This document shows, one piece after another, positions 10,891 to 21,872 of a stretch of DNA of 64,000 nt (the first letter of the stretch is position 1; the number at the start of each line of letters is the position of its first letter). The DNA lies in the sequence record MZ892903.1; one strand, 5' to 3'. A program made the translations under genes and the position numbers. The notes under the pieces were generated by a model that saw nothing but the letters and a program-made list of their open reading frames with translations, made no database searches and was not told the origin of the DNA. This DNA is from Escherichia phage ELT1.

Positions 10891-11508
10891 ATGTACCACT
10901 TTGTATATGAAACAACAAATCTAATAAACGGTAAAAAGTATATAGGAAAGCATTCTACTGACGACTTGAATGATGGTTACCTTGGTTCCGGTAAGGCAAT
11001 TCAGCAGGCTATAAAGAAATATGGTGAAAACAATTTCTCTAGAAAAATACTAAAAGAGTTTAAAACTTCCGAAGAAGCGTACATGTATGAAGAAGAAATT
11101 ATAACTCCTGAACTAATAAAAAGCAAAAATTATTATAATATGAAACCCGGTGGAATTGGTGGAATTGTTATGACTACAGAGGTTATAGCAAAGATGAAAG
11201 AATCTTCCGCTAAAAGATTTGAAAACTCACCAGGCACGGTATTAGGTAAAACTTGTTACACTAATGGAACTAAAAATATTTTTATTAAACCTGGAGAACT
11301 TGTTCCAGAAGGATTTGTAAAAGGGATGGTTCATCCTAATAGAAAGTCTAGAAAAGGATGTAAAGTTAAACCGACTACCACAGGAACTTTTTGGGTCAAT
11401 AATGGCGTAATAAATAAATTAATACAACCAGACGGTATTATTCCCGACGGATTTATTAAAGGTCGTCTCATGAAAAGAGACTCTAAAGGCAAATTTAGTA
11501 AGGCATAA
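10891..11508 (+). CDS. segE: Free-standing GIY-YIG homing endonuclease
   Basis: 205-aa ORF with N-terminal GIY-YIG-type motif (YHFVYETTNLINGKKYIGKH); position between inh and uvsW as for T4 segE. Confidence 0.8.
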   Translation: MYHFVYETTNLINGKKYIGKHSTDDLNDGYLGSGKAIQQAIKKYGENNFSRKILKEFKTSEEAYMYEEEIITPELIKSKNYYNMKPGGIGGIVMTTEVIAKMKESSAKRFENSPGTVLGKTCYTNGTKNIFIKPGELVPEGFVKGMVHPNRKSRKGCKVKPTTTGTFWVNNGVINKLIQPDGIIPDGFIKGRLMKRDSKGKFSKA

Positions 11509-11510
11509 TT

Positions 11511-13019
11511 ATGGATATTAAAGTACATTTTCACGACTTCAGTCATGTACGCATCGATTGTGAAGAGAGCACGTTCCACGAATTAAGAGATTTCTTTTCG
11601 TTTGAGGCCGATGGATATAGGTTTAATCCTCGCTTCAGATATGGCAACTGGGATGGACGAATCCGTCTTTTAGATTATAATCGCCTTCTTCCATTCGGTT
11701 TAGTCGGGCAAATTAAAAAGTTCTGCGATAACTTTGGCTATAAAGCCTGGATTGACCCACAAATTAACGAAAAAGAAGAATTATCAAGAAAAGATTTTGA
11801 TGAATGGCTTTCTAAATTAGAAATCTATTCAGGAAATAAAAGAATTGAACCGCACTGGTATCAAAAAGATGCAGTGTTCGAAGGATTAGTTAATCGTCGT
11901 AGAATTCTTAATCTTCCAACATCCGCTGGTAAATCTTTAATTCAAGCTTTGCTTGCGCGTTATTATTTGGAAAATTATGAAGGTAAAATTCTTATCATTG
12001 TTCCAACAACTGCTTTAACAACTCAGATGGCTGATGACTTTGTTGACTATCGTTTATTCAGTCATGCAATGATAAAGAAAATCGGTGGTGGAGCATCAAA
12101 AGATGATAAATATAAAAATGATGCACCGGTAATTGTTGGTACATGGCAAACTGTAGTAAAACAACCGAAAGAATGGTTCTCACAGTTTGGAATGATGATG
12201 AATGATGAATGCCATCTTGCTACAGGAAAAAGTATTTCATCCATCATATCAGGTTTAAATAACTGCATGTTCAAATTCGGTTTGTCTGGTTCATTACGTG
12301 ATGGAAAAGCCAATATCATGCAGTATGTTGGAATGTTTGGTGAAATATTTAAGCCAGTAACGACTTCTAAATTAATGGAAGATGGGCAAGTAACTGAGCT
12401 AAAAATTAATAGTATTTTTCTTCGCTATCCTGATGAGTTCACTACTAAATTAAAGGGAAAAACTTACCAAGAAGAAATAAAAATTATTACTGGACTCAGT
12501 AAAAGAAATAAATGGATTGCTAAATTAGCTATTAAACTTGCACAAAAAGATGAAAACGCTTTTGTCATGTTTAAGCATGTATCACATGGTAAAGCTATTT
12601 TCGATTTAATTAAAAATGAATACGATAAAGTTTATTACGTATCAGGGGAAGTTGATACCGAAACACGCAACGTAATGAAAACCTTAGCTGAAAACGGTAA
12701 AGGAATAATTATAGTAGCTAGTTATGGTGTATTTTCTACTGGTATTTCAGTTAAAAATCTGCATCACGTTGTTTTAGCGCACGGCGTTAAATCAAAAATC
12801 ATTGTATTACAAACAATCGGTCGTGTATTACGTAAGCATGGTTCTAAAACAATCGCAACAGTCTGGGACCTCATAGATGACGCGGGCGTCAAGCCAAAAT
12901 CTGCTAATACGAAAAAGAAATATGTTCATTTGAACTATCTTTTAAAACACGGCATTGATCGTATTCAGCGCTACGCAGATGAAAAATTTAATTACGTAAT
13001 GAAAACAGTTAATTTATAA
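11511..13019 (+). CDS. uvsW: UvsW DNA/RNA helicase
   Basis: 502-aa ORF; Walker A-like PTSAGKS and helicase motifs; length matches T4 UvsW. Confidence 0.95.
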   Translation: MDIKVHFHDFSHVRIDCEESTFHELRDFFSFEADGYRFNPRFRYGNWDGRIRLLDYNRLLPFGLVGQIKKFCDNFGYKAWIDPQINEKEELSRKDFDEWLSKLEIYSGNKRIEPHWYQKDAVFEGLVNRRRILNLPTSAGKSLIQALLARYYLENYEGKILIIVPTTALTTQMADDFVDYRLFSHAMIKKIGGGASKDDKYKNDAPVIVGTWQTVVKQPKEWFSQFGMMMNDECHLATGKSISSIISGLNNCMFKFGLSGSLRDGKANIMQYVGMFGEIFKPVTTSKLMEDGQVTELKINSIFLRYPDEFTTKLKGKTYQEEIKIITGLSKRNKWIAKLAIKLAQKDENAFVMFKHVSHGKAIFDLIKNEYDKVYYVSGEVDTETRNVMKTLAENGKGIIIVASYGVFSTGISVKNLHHVVLAHGVKSKIIVLQTIGRVLRKHGSKTIATVWDLIDDAGVKPKSANTKKKYVHLNYLLKHGIDRIQRYADEKFNYVMKTVNL

Positions 13020-13031
13020 GGGCTTCGGCCC
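13020..13031. terminator. Stem-loop gggc-TTCG-gccc
   Basis: Immediately after uvsW stop. Confidence 0.4.
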
Positions 13032-13044
13032 TTTGGAGAAAAAG

Positions 13045-13275
13045 ATGTTACTAGGATTTAAACAATTTCTTTATGAAGCTTCTATTGATGAATTTATGGG
13101 TAAAATTGCCTCTTGTCAAACATTAGAAGGTTTAGAAGAACTTGAAGCTTATTACAAGAAAAGAGTCAAAGAAACTGAATTAAAAGATACTGATGACATC
13201 TCAGTCAGAGATGCTTTGGCAGGAAAAAGAGCTGAATTAGAAGATTCAGACGATGAAGTAGAAGAAAGCTTTTAA
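13045..13275 (+). CDS. uvsW.1: UvsW.1 small acidic protein
   Basis: 76 aa from ATG at 13045 with GGAG ribosome-binding site (track start 13033 is TTG). Confidence 0.7.
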   Translation: MLLGFKQFLYEASIDEFMGKIASCQTLEGLEELEAYYKKRVKETELKDTDDISVRDALAGKRAELEDSDDEVEESF

Positions 13276-13331
13276 ATTAAAAAAAGGCCCAACCAAAAAG
13301 GAAGGGCCAAAACTATAGACTAAAGGTCACA

Positions 13332-13499
13332 CTATAGCAAAAGTTGTGTTTCATTTAATTGTTCTTCCGAACTTTCTGAAACTGGTAGTTCTTTAATGTA
13401 ATTATAGCAAGGCCCAGGATGTACAGGACCTTTGTCTGTTTCAACAACCAATGCAGAATCGATTGGAGTTTTACAGACAACACAAATCTTATCTGACAT
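13332..13499 (-). CDS. Small Cys-containing protein (uvsY.-2 position), 55 aa
   Basis: ORF below the track's 60-aa cutoff, translated by hand: MSDKICVVCKTPIDSALVVETDKGPVHPGPCYNY...; CxxC plus His/Cys suggests a small zinc-binding fold. Confidence 0.5.
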   Translation of the reverse strand: MSDKICVVCKTPIDSALVVETDKGPVHPGPCYNYIKELPVSESSEEQLNETQLLL

Positions 13500-13527
13500 G
13501 ATTGTCTCCTCTAAATTATATATCTAT

Positions 13528-13752
13528 TTATATAACTCTCATATGCATATCAATGCCCATATCTTTAGAATAAAAATATTCATCAAGATATCCGGCAAAT
13601 TTTCCTTTAATATAAAGTACATCTTCACCGCATGGGTGGTCGGCCAGGATACGAATATCCTGACGCTTGAGATTATACTTTTTCATTAAGAATTGAATTT
13701 CCGTTTCGAATTCTTCTTCATAATTAAAAGCATCATCAATGCTATATCTCAT
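13528..13752 (-). CDS. Hypothetical protein (uvsY.-1 position)
   Basis: 74-aa ORF; its start overlaps the uvsY stop. Confidence 0.6.
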   Translation of the reverse strand: MRYSIDDAFNYEEEFETEIQFLMKKYNLKRQDIRILADHPCGEDVLYIKGKFAGYLDEYFYSKDMGIDMHMRVI

Positions 13753-14165
13753 TATTTTCCAGCCTCAAATGCTCGCATGTCTTGAATATGCTTAATAGCA
13801 AATCCACGTGATTTTATAGCATCAAGAGCTCCGCTACAAAAATCCAATAAAATTCCCCAATATTGTAATGAAGTATCAACTTTTAAAACATCCTTATCAG
13901 CTGATAGAACTGTCTTCATTTCTGATTTCTCATAACGATCCATACTAAATTCATCACCATCTCCTCGTCCCGAGTAGTAGTCTAATTTAGCTTTAAGAGC
14001 AACTTTTTTCTGTGCGTCAATTCTAAGCATTTCCTTTTTAATACTTGAATGCTTATTAAGCCATTTACTATATAACATCACATTATTAGCTGCTTCATAC
14101 TGTAATTTAGTCGAATCTATAAACACATCTTTCTTCAATTCTTCTTGAAGATCTTCTAATTTCAT
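13752..14165 (-). CDS. uvsY: UvsY recombination mediator
   Basis: 137-aa ORF; length and position match T4 UvsY. Confidence 0.9.
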   Translation of the reverse strand: MKLEDLQEELKKDVFIDSTKLQYEAANNVMLYSKWLNKHSSIKKEMLRIDAQKKVALKAKLDYYSGRGDGDEFSMDRYEKSEMKTVLSADKDVLKVDTSLQYWGILLDFCSGALDAIKSRGFAIKHIQDMRAFEAGK

Positions 14166-14231
14166 ATTGTTCTCTATTCAATTGTTATTGGATGGACTTA
14201 GATTCATTATACCACGTTTATACGTGAAGCA

Positions 14232-14630
14232 TTATACTCTGTTACTGGAAGCCAGTTGTAGTTTTATCTGCTCAATATCATCAGGGTTATCGATGACCGA
14301 AAAGCGTATTTCTACTATCAGAGTATAATCATCATAAACTGGTATTACATTAACTGCTAATTTATCAATACGTGGCTCGTAGTTTCTTACTGCGCTTTCA
14401 ATGTTACGCTCAACAGTATCAGCAGTAAGAGGAGTCATATTCTCAAAAAGCTGATCAGATAAATCACATCCAAATTCCGGGTCAAATGGTCTCGACCCTT
14501 TTCTGGTTGTAATAATTCCCAAAAGGCTATTTTTAATTGACCTTAATCCAAGAGATCTAGAAACATCTTTGTCCCAATCCATTTTCATTTCTGGGTCAAT
14601 GTCAGAATAAAGTTTATTGATATTTGCCAT
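14232..14630 (-). CDS. 25: Baseplate wedge protein gp25
   Basis: 132-aa ORF; length and position match T4 gp25. Confidence 0.9.
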   Translation of the reverse strand: MANINKLYSDIDPEMKMDWDKDVSRSLGLRSIKNSLLGIITTRKGSRPFDPEFGCDLSDQLFENMTPLTADTVERNIESAVRNYEPRIDKLAVNVIPVYDDYTLIVEIRFSVIDNPDDIEQIKLQLASSNRV

Positions 14631-15256
14631 TACAATAGCTCAAAGAATTCTTTGAGTCCTCTTATTACATGAGCGTGAGATTTTCCACACTCTGGACATT
14701 TAATTGGAACAGCCAAATAAACAGTAGGCTTTAAAAGCATATCTTTTATAGCTACAATATCTGACTCTGTGATGATAGAATATAAATCTTCCAACTCTTT
14801 TTCATTCAAGTCTTCAATTGGAATGCTTTCACCGTTAGCATGAATCGTTTCTATACATGATACTATCATGTGGGCTATATTTTTATCATCAAAAATTTTA
14901 GGGTATCGGAACTTAATTTTAATGTCACCCAGTGTATACCAGAGGTCTTCTGGTGCATCTATTTGTGTATGTAATAGATTTATATGGGTTGGTATTTCAG
15001 TTCCACAGGTGCACTTCCAGGAGTTTTCGTGATTAACTTCACCGAGAGAATGTGCCCATAAATGAATCAGCAGTAGTTCTGATTCTTGGCGGTTTAAATC
15101 TTTTGCATTTGTGCAGTCTTTGATTAGCTTTTTAACAATTACTTCTACAGAACCATTATTTTTGGCAGTAATAAGTTCTAGATATTCTTTAAGTGTGAAT
15201 GCGCGACAATTGATTATTTTAGAACCAACTCTCACATCAAATTTGTATTCATACAT
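14630..15256 (-). CDS. 26: Baseplate hub protein gp26
   Basis: 208-aa ORF; position matches T4 gp26. Confidence 0.85.
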   Translation of the reverse strand: MYEYKFDVRVGSKIINCRAFTLKEYLELITAKNNGSVEVIVKKLIKDCTNAKDLNRQESELLLIHLWAHSLGEVNHENSWKCTCGTEIPTHINLLHTQIDAPEDLWYTLGDIKIKFRYPKIFDDKNIAHMIVSCIETIHANGESIPIEDLNEKELEDLYSIITESDIVAIKDMLLKPTVYLAVPIKCPECGKSHAHVIRGLKEFFELL

Positions 15257-15281
15257 ATTTAGCTCCTTTATTTATCATATT

Positions 15282-15289
15282 TATAAATA
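15282..15289 (+). promoter_or_regulatory. T4-type late promoter core TATAAATA
   Basis: Exact TATAAATA 18 bp upstream of gene 51. Confidence 0.5.
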
Positions 15290-15306
15290 GAATAAAAGGA
15301 GCATCT

Positions 15307-16056
15307 ATGGCAAACATTATTCGTTGTAAATTACCAGATGGTGTTCATCGTTTTAAACCATTTACGGTAGAAGATTATCGAGATTTTTTGTTAGTTCGAA
15401 ACGATATAGAACATCGGTCACCACAAGAACAAAAAGAAATAATTGCTGATTTAATTGCCGATTATTTTGGAGACTATCCGAAGACTTGGCAACCATTTAT
15501 ATTTTTGCAGGTATTTGTAGGGTCAATAGGTAAAACTAAAGTACCGGTCACATTTGTATGTCCAAAATGTAAAAAAGAAAAGACAGTTCCATTTGAAATA
15601 TATCAAAAAGAATTAAAGGAACCTGTTTTTGATGTAGCTAATGTTAAAATTAAATTAAAGTTTCCTTCTGAGTTTTATGAAAATAAAGCAAAGATGATTA
15701 CTGAAAATATTCATTCCGTTCAAGTAGATGAAATGTGGTATGATTGGAATGAAATTAGCGAATCAAGTCAAATAGAACTTGTTGATGCCATCGAGATAGA
15801 AACATTAGAAAAAATTCTCGATGCAATGAATCCTATTAATTTAACATTGCATATGTCATGTTGTAATAAGTATGTAAAAAAATACACTGATATAGTAGAT
15901 GTGTTTAAGCTATTAGTTAACCCAGATGAAATATTTACTTTTTATCAAATTAATCACACACTCGTAAAAAGTAATTATAGCTTAAATTCAATAATGAAAA
16001 TGATTCCTGCTGAGCGCGGATTCGTATTAAAACTGATTGAGAAGGATAAACAATAA
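15307..16056 (+). CDS. 51: Baseplate hub assembly protein gp51
   Basis: 249-aa ORF; length and position match T4 gp51. Confidence 0.85.
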   Translation: MANIIRCKLPDGVHRFKPFTVEDYRDFLLVRNDIEHRSPQEQKEIIADLIADYFGDYPKTWQPFIFLQVFVGSIGKTKVPVTFVCPKCKKEKTVPFEIYQKELKEPVFDVANVKIKLKFPSEFYENKAKMITENIHSVQVDEMWYDWNEISESSQIELVDAIEIETLEKILDAMNPINLTLHMSCCNKYVKKYTDIVDVFKLLVNPDEIFTFYQINHTLVKSNYSLNSIMKMIPAERGFVLKLIEKDKQ

Positions 16057-17231
16057 TGAGTATGTTGCAACGCCCAGGATATCCAAATCTCAGCGTTAAA
16101 TTGTTTGATAGCTATGACGCTTGGAGTAATAATAGATTTGTTGAATTAGCTGCTACTATTACTACATTAACTATGCGGGATTCTCTTTATGGCCGAAATG
16201 AAGGAATGCTGCAGTTTTATGATTCTAAAAACATCCATACAAAAATGGATGGAAATGAAATAATTCAGATTTCTGTAGCTAATGCAAATGATATTAATAA
16301 TGTTAAAACACGAATTTATGGATGTAAGCATTTTTCCGTGTCAGTAGATTCAAAAGGTGATAACATCATTGCTATTGAATTGGGAACTATTCATTCTATA
16401 GAAAATCTTAAATTTGGTAGACCATTTTTCCCTGATGCAGGTGAATCTATAAAAGAAATGCTTGGCGTCATTTATCAAGATCGCACATTATTAACTCCAG
16501 CGATAAATGCTATAAATGCTTATGTTCCTGATATTCCATGGACTAGTACATTTGAAAACTATTTGTCATATGTCAGAGAAGTTGCTCTAGCTGTAGGAAG
16601 TGACAAATTTGTATTTGTGTGGCAAGACATCATGGGAGTTAACATGATGGACTATGATATGATGATAAATCAAGAACCGTATCCAATGATTGTCGGTGAG
16701 CCATCTTTAATAGGTCAATTCATCCAAGAATTAAAATATCCATTAGCATATGATTTCGTTTGGTTGACTAAATCGAATCCTCACAAACGTGACCCAATGA
16801 AAAATGCTACTATCTATGCGCATTCATTTTTAGATTCTTCATTGCCAATGATTACTACAGGAAAGGGCGAAAACTCTATTGTAGTGTCAAGGTCAGGTGC
16901 TTATTCTGAAATGACTTATAGGAATGGATATGAAGAAGCTATTCGTCTTCAAACTATGGCACAATATGACGGCTATGCTAAATGTTCTACTGTCGGTAAT
17001 TTTAACTTGACTCCTGGTGTTAAAATTATTTTTAATGATAGTAAAAACCAATTTAAAACAGAATTTTACGTTGATGAAGTTATCCATGAATTATCCAATA
17101 ATAATTCAGTAACTCATCTATATATGTTCACTAATGCAACGAAACTGGAAACAATAGACCCAGTTAAGGTTAAAAATGAATTTAAATCTGATACTACCAC
17201 TGAAGAAAGTAGTTCTTCCAATAAGCAATAA
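16056..17231 (+). CDS. 27: Baseplate hub protein gp27
   Basis: 391-aa ORF; length matches T4 gp27. Confidence 0.9.
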   Translation: MSMLQRPGYPNLSVKLFDSYDAWSNNRFVELAATITTLTMRDSLYGRNEGMLQFYDSKNIHTKMDGNEIIQISVANANDINNVKTRIYGCKHFSVSVDSKGDNIIAIELGTIHSIENLKFGRPFFPDAGESIKEMLGVIYQDRTLLTPAINAINAYVPDIPWTSTFENYLSYVREVALAVGSDKFVFVWQDIMGVNMMDYDMMINQEPYPMIVGEPSLIGQFIQELKYPLAYDFVWLTKSNPHKRDPMKNATIYAHSFLDSSLPMITTGKGENSIVVSRSGAYSEMTYRNGYEEAIRLQTMAQYDGYAKCSTVGNFNLTPGVKIIFNDSKNQFKTEFYVDEVIHELSNNNSVTHLYMFTNATKLETIDPVKVKNEFKSDTTTEESSSSNKQ

Positions 17232-17709
17232 AGAAGTTTCTATTCCTAAAATGGGTCTTAAACATTATAACATTTTAAAGGATGTTAAAGGTCCTGATGA
17301 AAATTTAAAACTTCTTATTGATTCTATTTGTCCGAATTTATCACCGGCAGAAGTTGATTTCGTTTCTATTCATTTATTGGAATTTAATGGAAAGATTAAA
17401 TCTCGTAAAGAAATAGATGGCTATACTTATGACATTAATGATGTTTATGTATGCCAAAGATTGGAATTTCAATACCAAGGAAATACATTTTATTTTAGAC
17501 CGCCTGGAAAATTTGAACAATTTTTAACTGTGAGCGATATGTTATCTAAATGCTTGCTTAAGGTCAATGATGAAGTTAAAGAAATTAATTTTCTTGAGAT
17601 GCCAGCATTCGTTTTAAAATGGGCAAATGATATTTTTACAACTTTAGCAATTCCTGGCCCTAATGGTCCAATAACTGGAATTGGCAATATTATTGGATTA
17701 TTTGAATGA
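17176..17709 (+). CDS. 28: Baseplate hub distal subunit gp28
   Basis: 177-aa ORF overlapping the 3' end of gene 27 in another frame; length matches T4 gp28. Confidence 0.8.
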   Translation: MNLNLILPLKKVVLPISNKEVSIPKMGLKHYNILKDVKGPDENLKLLIDSICPNLSPAEVDFVSIHLLEFNGKIKSRKEIDGYTYDINDVYVCQRLEFQYQGNTFYFRPPGKFEQFLTVSDMLSKCLLKVNDEVKEINFLEMPAFVLKWANDIFTTLAIPGPNGPITGIGNIIGLFE

Positions 17710-19478
17710 AAAAGCCACAAGAAATGCAAACGATGCGTAGAAAAGTTATTTCAGATAATAAACCAACACAGGAAGCGGCTAAATCCGCTTCCAACACTTT
17801 ATCTGGACTTAATGATATATCTACGAAATTGGATGATGCTCAAGCTGCTTCTGAACTAATTGCTCAAACTGTCGAAGAAAAATCGAATGAAATAATTGGA
17901 GCAATTGATAACGTAGAAAGCGCAGTGAGTGATACTACTGCTGGTTCTGAGTTAATTGCTGAAACTGTCGAAATTGGCAACAATATTAATAAAGAAATTG
18001 GTGAATCACTCGGAAGCAAATTAGATAAATTAACAAGTTTACTGGAGCAAAAAATCCAGACAGCCGGAATTCAACAAACAGGAACTAGTTTAGCCACGGT
18101 TGAAAGCGCTATTCCTGTTAAAGTTGTTGAGGACGATACAGCTGAATCTGTGGGTCCTTTATTACCGGCTCCTGAAGCAGTTAATAATGATCCTGATGCT
18201 GATTTTTTCCCTACCCCTCAGCCAGTTGAACCTAAACAAGAATCGCCAGAAGAAAAACAGAAAAAAGACGCATTTAACTTAAAATTATCTCAAGCTTTAG
18301 ATAAATTAACAAAGACTGTTGATTTCGGATTTAAGAAATCTATTTCAATTACTGATAAAATATCAAGCATGCTATTTAAGTATACCGTCAGTGCTGCTAT
18401 TGAAGCTGCTAAAATGACTGCAATGATATTGGCTGTTGTTGTTGGAATAGACCTGTTGATGGTTCACTTTAAATATTGGTCAGATAAATTTTCGCAGGCT
18501 TGGGATTTGTTTAGTACAGACTTTACTAAATTCTCTAGCGAAACCGGAACATGGGGTCCTTTATTACAGAGCATCTTTAGTTCTATTGATGAAATTAAAA
18601 AGTTCTGGGAAGCGGGAGATTGGGGTGGATTGACGGTAGCTATTGTAGAAGGGCTTGGAAAGGTTCTTTATAATTTAGGAGAACTTATTCAGCTTGGAAT
18701 GGCTAAATTATCTGCTGCAATTCTTCGAGTCATTCCTGGCATGAAGGATACCGCTGATGAAGTAGAAGGAAGAGCACTAGAAAATTTCCAAAATTCTACT
18801 GGAGCATCTCTCAATAAAGAAGACCAGGAAAAAGTTGCAAATTATCAAGATAAACGAATGAACGGAGACCTTGGTCCGATAGCAAAAGGATTAGATAAAA
18901 TTGCTAATTGGAAAACTCGTGCATCTAACTGGATTCGTGGCGTTGATAATAAAGAATCACTAACTACCGACGAAGAACGCGCAGCAGAAGAAGAAAAATT
19001 AAAGCAACTTTCACCAGAAGAAAGAAAAAATGCTTTAATGAAGGCTAATGAAGCTCGGGCCGCGATGATTCGTTTTGAAAAATATGCTGATTCAGCTGAT
19101 ATGAGTAAAGACTCAACGGTTAAATCAGTTGAAGCTGCCTATGAAGACCTTAAAAAACGAATGGATGACCCGGATTTAAACAATTCACCGGCAGTTAAAA
19201 AAGAACTTGCTGCTAGATTTTCTAAAATTGATGCTACTTATCAAGAGCTCAAGAAAAATCAGCCTAATGCCAAACCTGAAACTTCTGCTAAATCGCCAGA
19301 AGCAAAACAAGTCCAGGTAATAGAAAAGAACGAAGCGCAGCAAGCTCCTGTTCAGCAAGCATCTCCTTCAATCAATAATACTAATAATGTTGTTAAGAAA
19401 AATACTGTCGTTCATAATATGACACCTGTCACAAGCACAACTGCTCCTGGTGTATTTGATGCGACTGGAGTTAATTAA
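17706..19478 (+). CDS. 29: Tail tape-measure / baseplate hub protein gp29
   Basis: 590-aa ORF; length and position match T4 gp29. Confidence 0.9.
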   Translation: MKKPQEMQTMRRKVISDNKPTQEAAKSASNTLSGLNDISTKLDDAQAASELIAQTVEEKSNEIIGAIDNVESAVSDTTAGSELIAETVEIGNNINKEIGESLGSKLDKLTSLLEQKIQTAGIQQTGTSLATVESAIPVKVVEDDTAESVGPLLPAPEAVNNDPDADFFPTPQPVEPKQESPEEKQKKDAFNLKLSQALDKLTKTVDFGFKKSISITDKISSMLFKYTVSAAIEAAKMTAMILAVVVGIDLLMVHFKYWSDKFSQAWDLFSTDFTKFSSETGTWGPLLQSIFSSIDEIKKFWEAGDWGGLTVAIVEGLGKVLYNLGELIQLGMAKLSAAILRVIPGMKDTADEVEGRALENFQNSTGASLNKEDQEKVANYQDKRMNGDLGPIAKGLDKIANWKTRASNWIRGVDNKESLTTDEERAAEEEKLKQLSPEERKNALMKANEARAAMIRFEKYADSADMSKDSTVKSVEAAYEDLKKRMDDPDLNNSPAVKKELAARFSKIDATYQELKKNQPNAKPETSAKSPEAKQVQVIEKNEAQQAPVQQASPSINNTNNVVKKNTVVHNMTPVTSTTAPGVFDATGVN

Positions 19479-19486
19479 GGAATAAT

Positions 19487-20581
19487 ATGGCAATTGTTAA
19501 AGAAATAACTGCTGATTTAATTAAAAAGTCCGGTGAGAAAATTTCAGCCGGACAGAGTACTAAATCAGAAGTAGCAACTAAAACATACACTGCCCAGTTT
19601 CCAACTGGGCGTGCTAGTGGTAATGACACTACAGGGGACTTCCAGGTAACAGATCTATATAAGAATGGATTATTATTTACTGCATACAATATGTCATCTA
19701 GGGATTCTGGAAGTCTTAGATCGATGAGATCTAACTACTCTTCTTCATCTTCGAGTATTTTAAGTACAGCTAGAAACACTATTAGTAGTACAGTATCAAA
19801 ACTATCAAATGGATTAATATCAAACAATAATTCAGGAACAATAAGTAAAGCTCCTGTGGCAAATATTCTTTTACCGAGATCTAAATCTGACGTTGATACA
19901 TCATCACATAGATTTAATGATGTTCAAGAAAGCCTTATCAGTAGAGGCGGAGGTACTGCTACTGGTGTGCTAAGTAATATTGCTTCAACCGCAGTATTTG
20001 GGGCACTGGAAAGTATAACACAAGGTATAATGGCTGATAATAATGAACAGATTTATACGACAGCCAGAAGTATGTATGGTGGTGCTGAAAATAGAACTAA
20101 AGTGTTTACATGGGATTTGACTCCACGTTCAACAGAAGATTTAATGGCTATTATTAATATCTATCAATATTTTAACTATTTTTCTTATGGTGAAACAGGT
20201 AAATCTCAATACGCTGCTGAAATAAAGGGGTATTTAGATGATTGGTATCGTTCTACGTTAATTGAACCTTTATCTCCGGAAGACGCAGCTAAAAATAAAA
20301 CACTATTTGAGAAAATGACAGCAAGTTTAACGAACGTTCTTGTAGTTTCAAACCCGACAGTTTGGATGGTGAAAAACTTTGGTGCAACATCTAAGTTTGA
20401 TGGAAAAACGGAAATATTTGGTCCATGCCAAATACAGAGCATTAGATTTGATAAAACACCTAATGGTAACTTTAATGGATTAGCTATTGCTCCAAACCTC
20501 CCTAGTACATTTACTCTCGAGATTACTATGAGAGAAATTATCACGTTAAACCGTGCTTCTTTATATGCGGGGACTTTTTAA
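19487..20581 (+). CDS. 48: Baseplate tail-tube junction protein gp48
   Basis: 364-aa ORF; length matches T4 gp48. Confidence 0.9.
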   Translation: MAIVKEITADLIKKSGEKISAGQSTKSEVATKTYTAQFPTGRASGNDTTGDFQVTDLYKNGLLFTAYNMSSRDSGSLRSMRSNYSSSSSSILSTARNTISSTVSKLSNGLISNNNSGTISKAPVANILLPRSKSDVDTSSHRFNDVQESLISRGGGTATGVLSNIASTAVFGALESITQGIMADNNEQIYTTARSMYGGAENRTKVFTWDLTPRSTEDLMAIINIYQYFNYFSYGETGKSQYAAEIKGYLDDWYRSTLIEPLSPEDAAKNKTLFEKMTASLTNVLVVSNPTVWMVKNFGATSKFDGKTEIFGPCQIQSIRFDKTPNGNFNGLAIAPNLPSTFTLEITMREIITLNRASLYAGTF

Positions 20582-21546
20582 TGTATTCTTTAGAGGAATT
20601 TAATAATCAAGCAATAAACGCAGATTTCCAACGTAATAATATGTTTAGCTGCGTTTTTGCAACAACTCCATCAACTAAAAGCTCTTCGTTGATAAGTTCA
20701 ATTAGCAACTTTTCTTATAATAACTTGGGCCTAAATTCAAATTGGTTAGGATTAACCCAAGGTGATATTAATCAGGGAATTACCACGCTAATTACAGCTG
20801 GCACACAAAAACTGATAAGAAAATCAGGGGTTAGTAAATATCTTATTGGTGCCATGAGTCAACGTACTGTCCAGAGTTTATTAGGCTCATTTACAGTTGG
20901 TACATATTTAATTGACTTCTTTAACATGGCATATAACTCATCTGGATTGATGATATACTCTGTAAAAATGCCAGAGAATAGATTATCCTATGAAACTGAC
21001 TGGAACTATAATTCTCCTAATATTCGTATAACTGGGAGAGAATTAGACCCTTTGGTTATTTCATTTAGGATGGATTCAGAAGCTTGTAACTATCGTGCGA
21101 TGCAAGACTGGGTTAACGCTGTTCAAGACCCAGTAACTGGATTGCGTGCTTTACCACAAGATGTCGAGGCAGATATTCAGGTTAATCTTCATGCTCGTAA
21201 TGGATTACCTCATACTGCTGTGATGTTCACCGGATGCATTCCAGTGTCAGTGAGCGCTCCTGAGTTATCATATGATGGAGATAACCAAATAACTACATTT
21301 GATGTTACTTTTGCGTATAGAGTCATGCAGTCTGGGTCGGTTGATAGACAAGCTGCGCTTGAATGGCTTGAATCTGCTGCCATAAACGGTATTCAAAGCG
21401 TTCTCGGAAATAGTGGAGGTGTTACTGGACTATCTAATTCGCTTTCACGACTTAGTAGACTAGGAGGAACCTCAGGAAGCATTTCAAACATTAATACTAT
21501 GACGGGAATTGTCAACTCGCAAAGTAAAATATTAGGAGCAATATAA
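20581..21546 (+). CDS. 54: Baseplate tail-tube initiator gp54
   Basis: 321-aa ORF; start overlaps gene 48 stop (ATGT...TAATG context). Confidence 0.9.
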   Translation: MYSLEEFNNQAINADFQRNNMFSCVFATTPSTKSSSLISSISNFSYNNLGLNSNWLGLTQGDINQGITTLITAGTQKLIRKSGVSKYLIGAMSQRTVQSLLGSFTVGTYLIDFFNMAYNSSGLMIYSVKMPENRLSYETDWNYNSPNIRITGRELDPLVISFRMDSEACNYRAMQDWVNAVQDPVTGLRALPQDVEADIQVNLHARNGLPHTAVMFTGCIPVSVSAPELSYDGDNQITTFDVTFAYRVMQSGSVDRQAALEWLESAAINGIQSVLGNSGGVTGLSNSLSRLSRLGGTSGSISNINTMTGIVNSQSKILGAI

Positions 21547-21550
21547 CAAT

Positions 21551-21568
21551 GGGGACCGAAAGGTCCCC
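21551..21568. terminator. Bidirectional stem-loop ggggacc-GAAA-ggtcccc
   Basis: 7-bp perfect stem between convergent genes 54 (+) and the 96-aa ORF (-). Confidence 0.55.
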
Positions 21569-21574
21569 ATATTT

Positions 21575-21865
21575 TTATTTACGGAATGAAATAAAAGCAG
21601 CAACTGAAGCAACTAAACTGTCTTCAATATAAACTTCAATTTTTACCGGAGCTTCTGACTCAAATTTACCTGTTACTACACCCTGAAAAATAATTTCAGT
21701 CTGTTCTGGCTTTGAAAAATTTTCAGAAGGAAAAATTCCGAACTTTTTATCTGTTCCAAAAATTTTAATAAATTCATCGTAAACCGCTTCGTTAAAAGCA
21801 TTATCAGCAGGAATAACGCCTTCAACTACAAGTTCTTGACCTAAAAAGCGTAAAGAAGATTTCAT
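21575..21865 (-). CDS. Hypothetical protein (alt.-3 position)
   Basis: 96-aa ORF; GAGGA ribosome-binding site and early-promoter cassette immediately upstream. Confidence 0.6.
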   Translation of the reverse strand: MKSSLRFLGQELVVEGVIPADNAFNEAVYDEFIKIFGTDKKFGIFPSENFSKPEQTEIIFQGVVTGKFESEAPVKIEVYIEDSLVASVAAFISFRK

Positions 21866-21872
21866 TTTGTGT

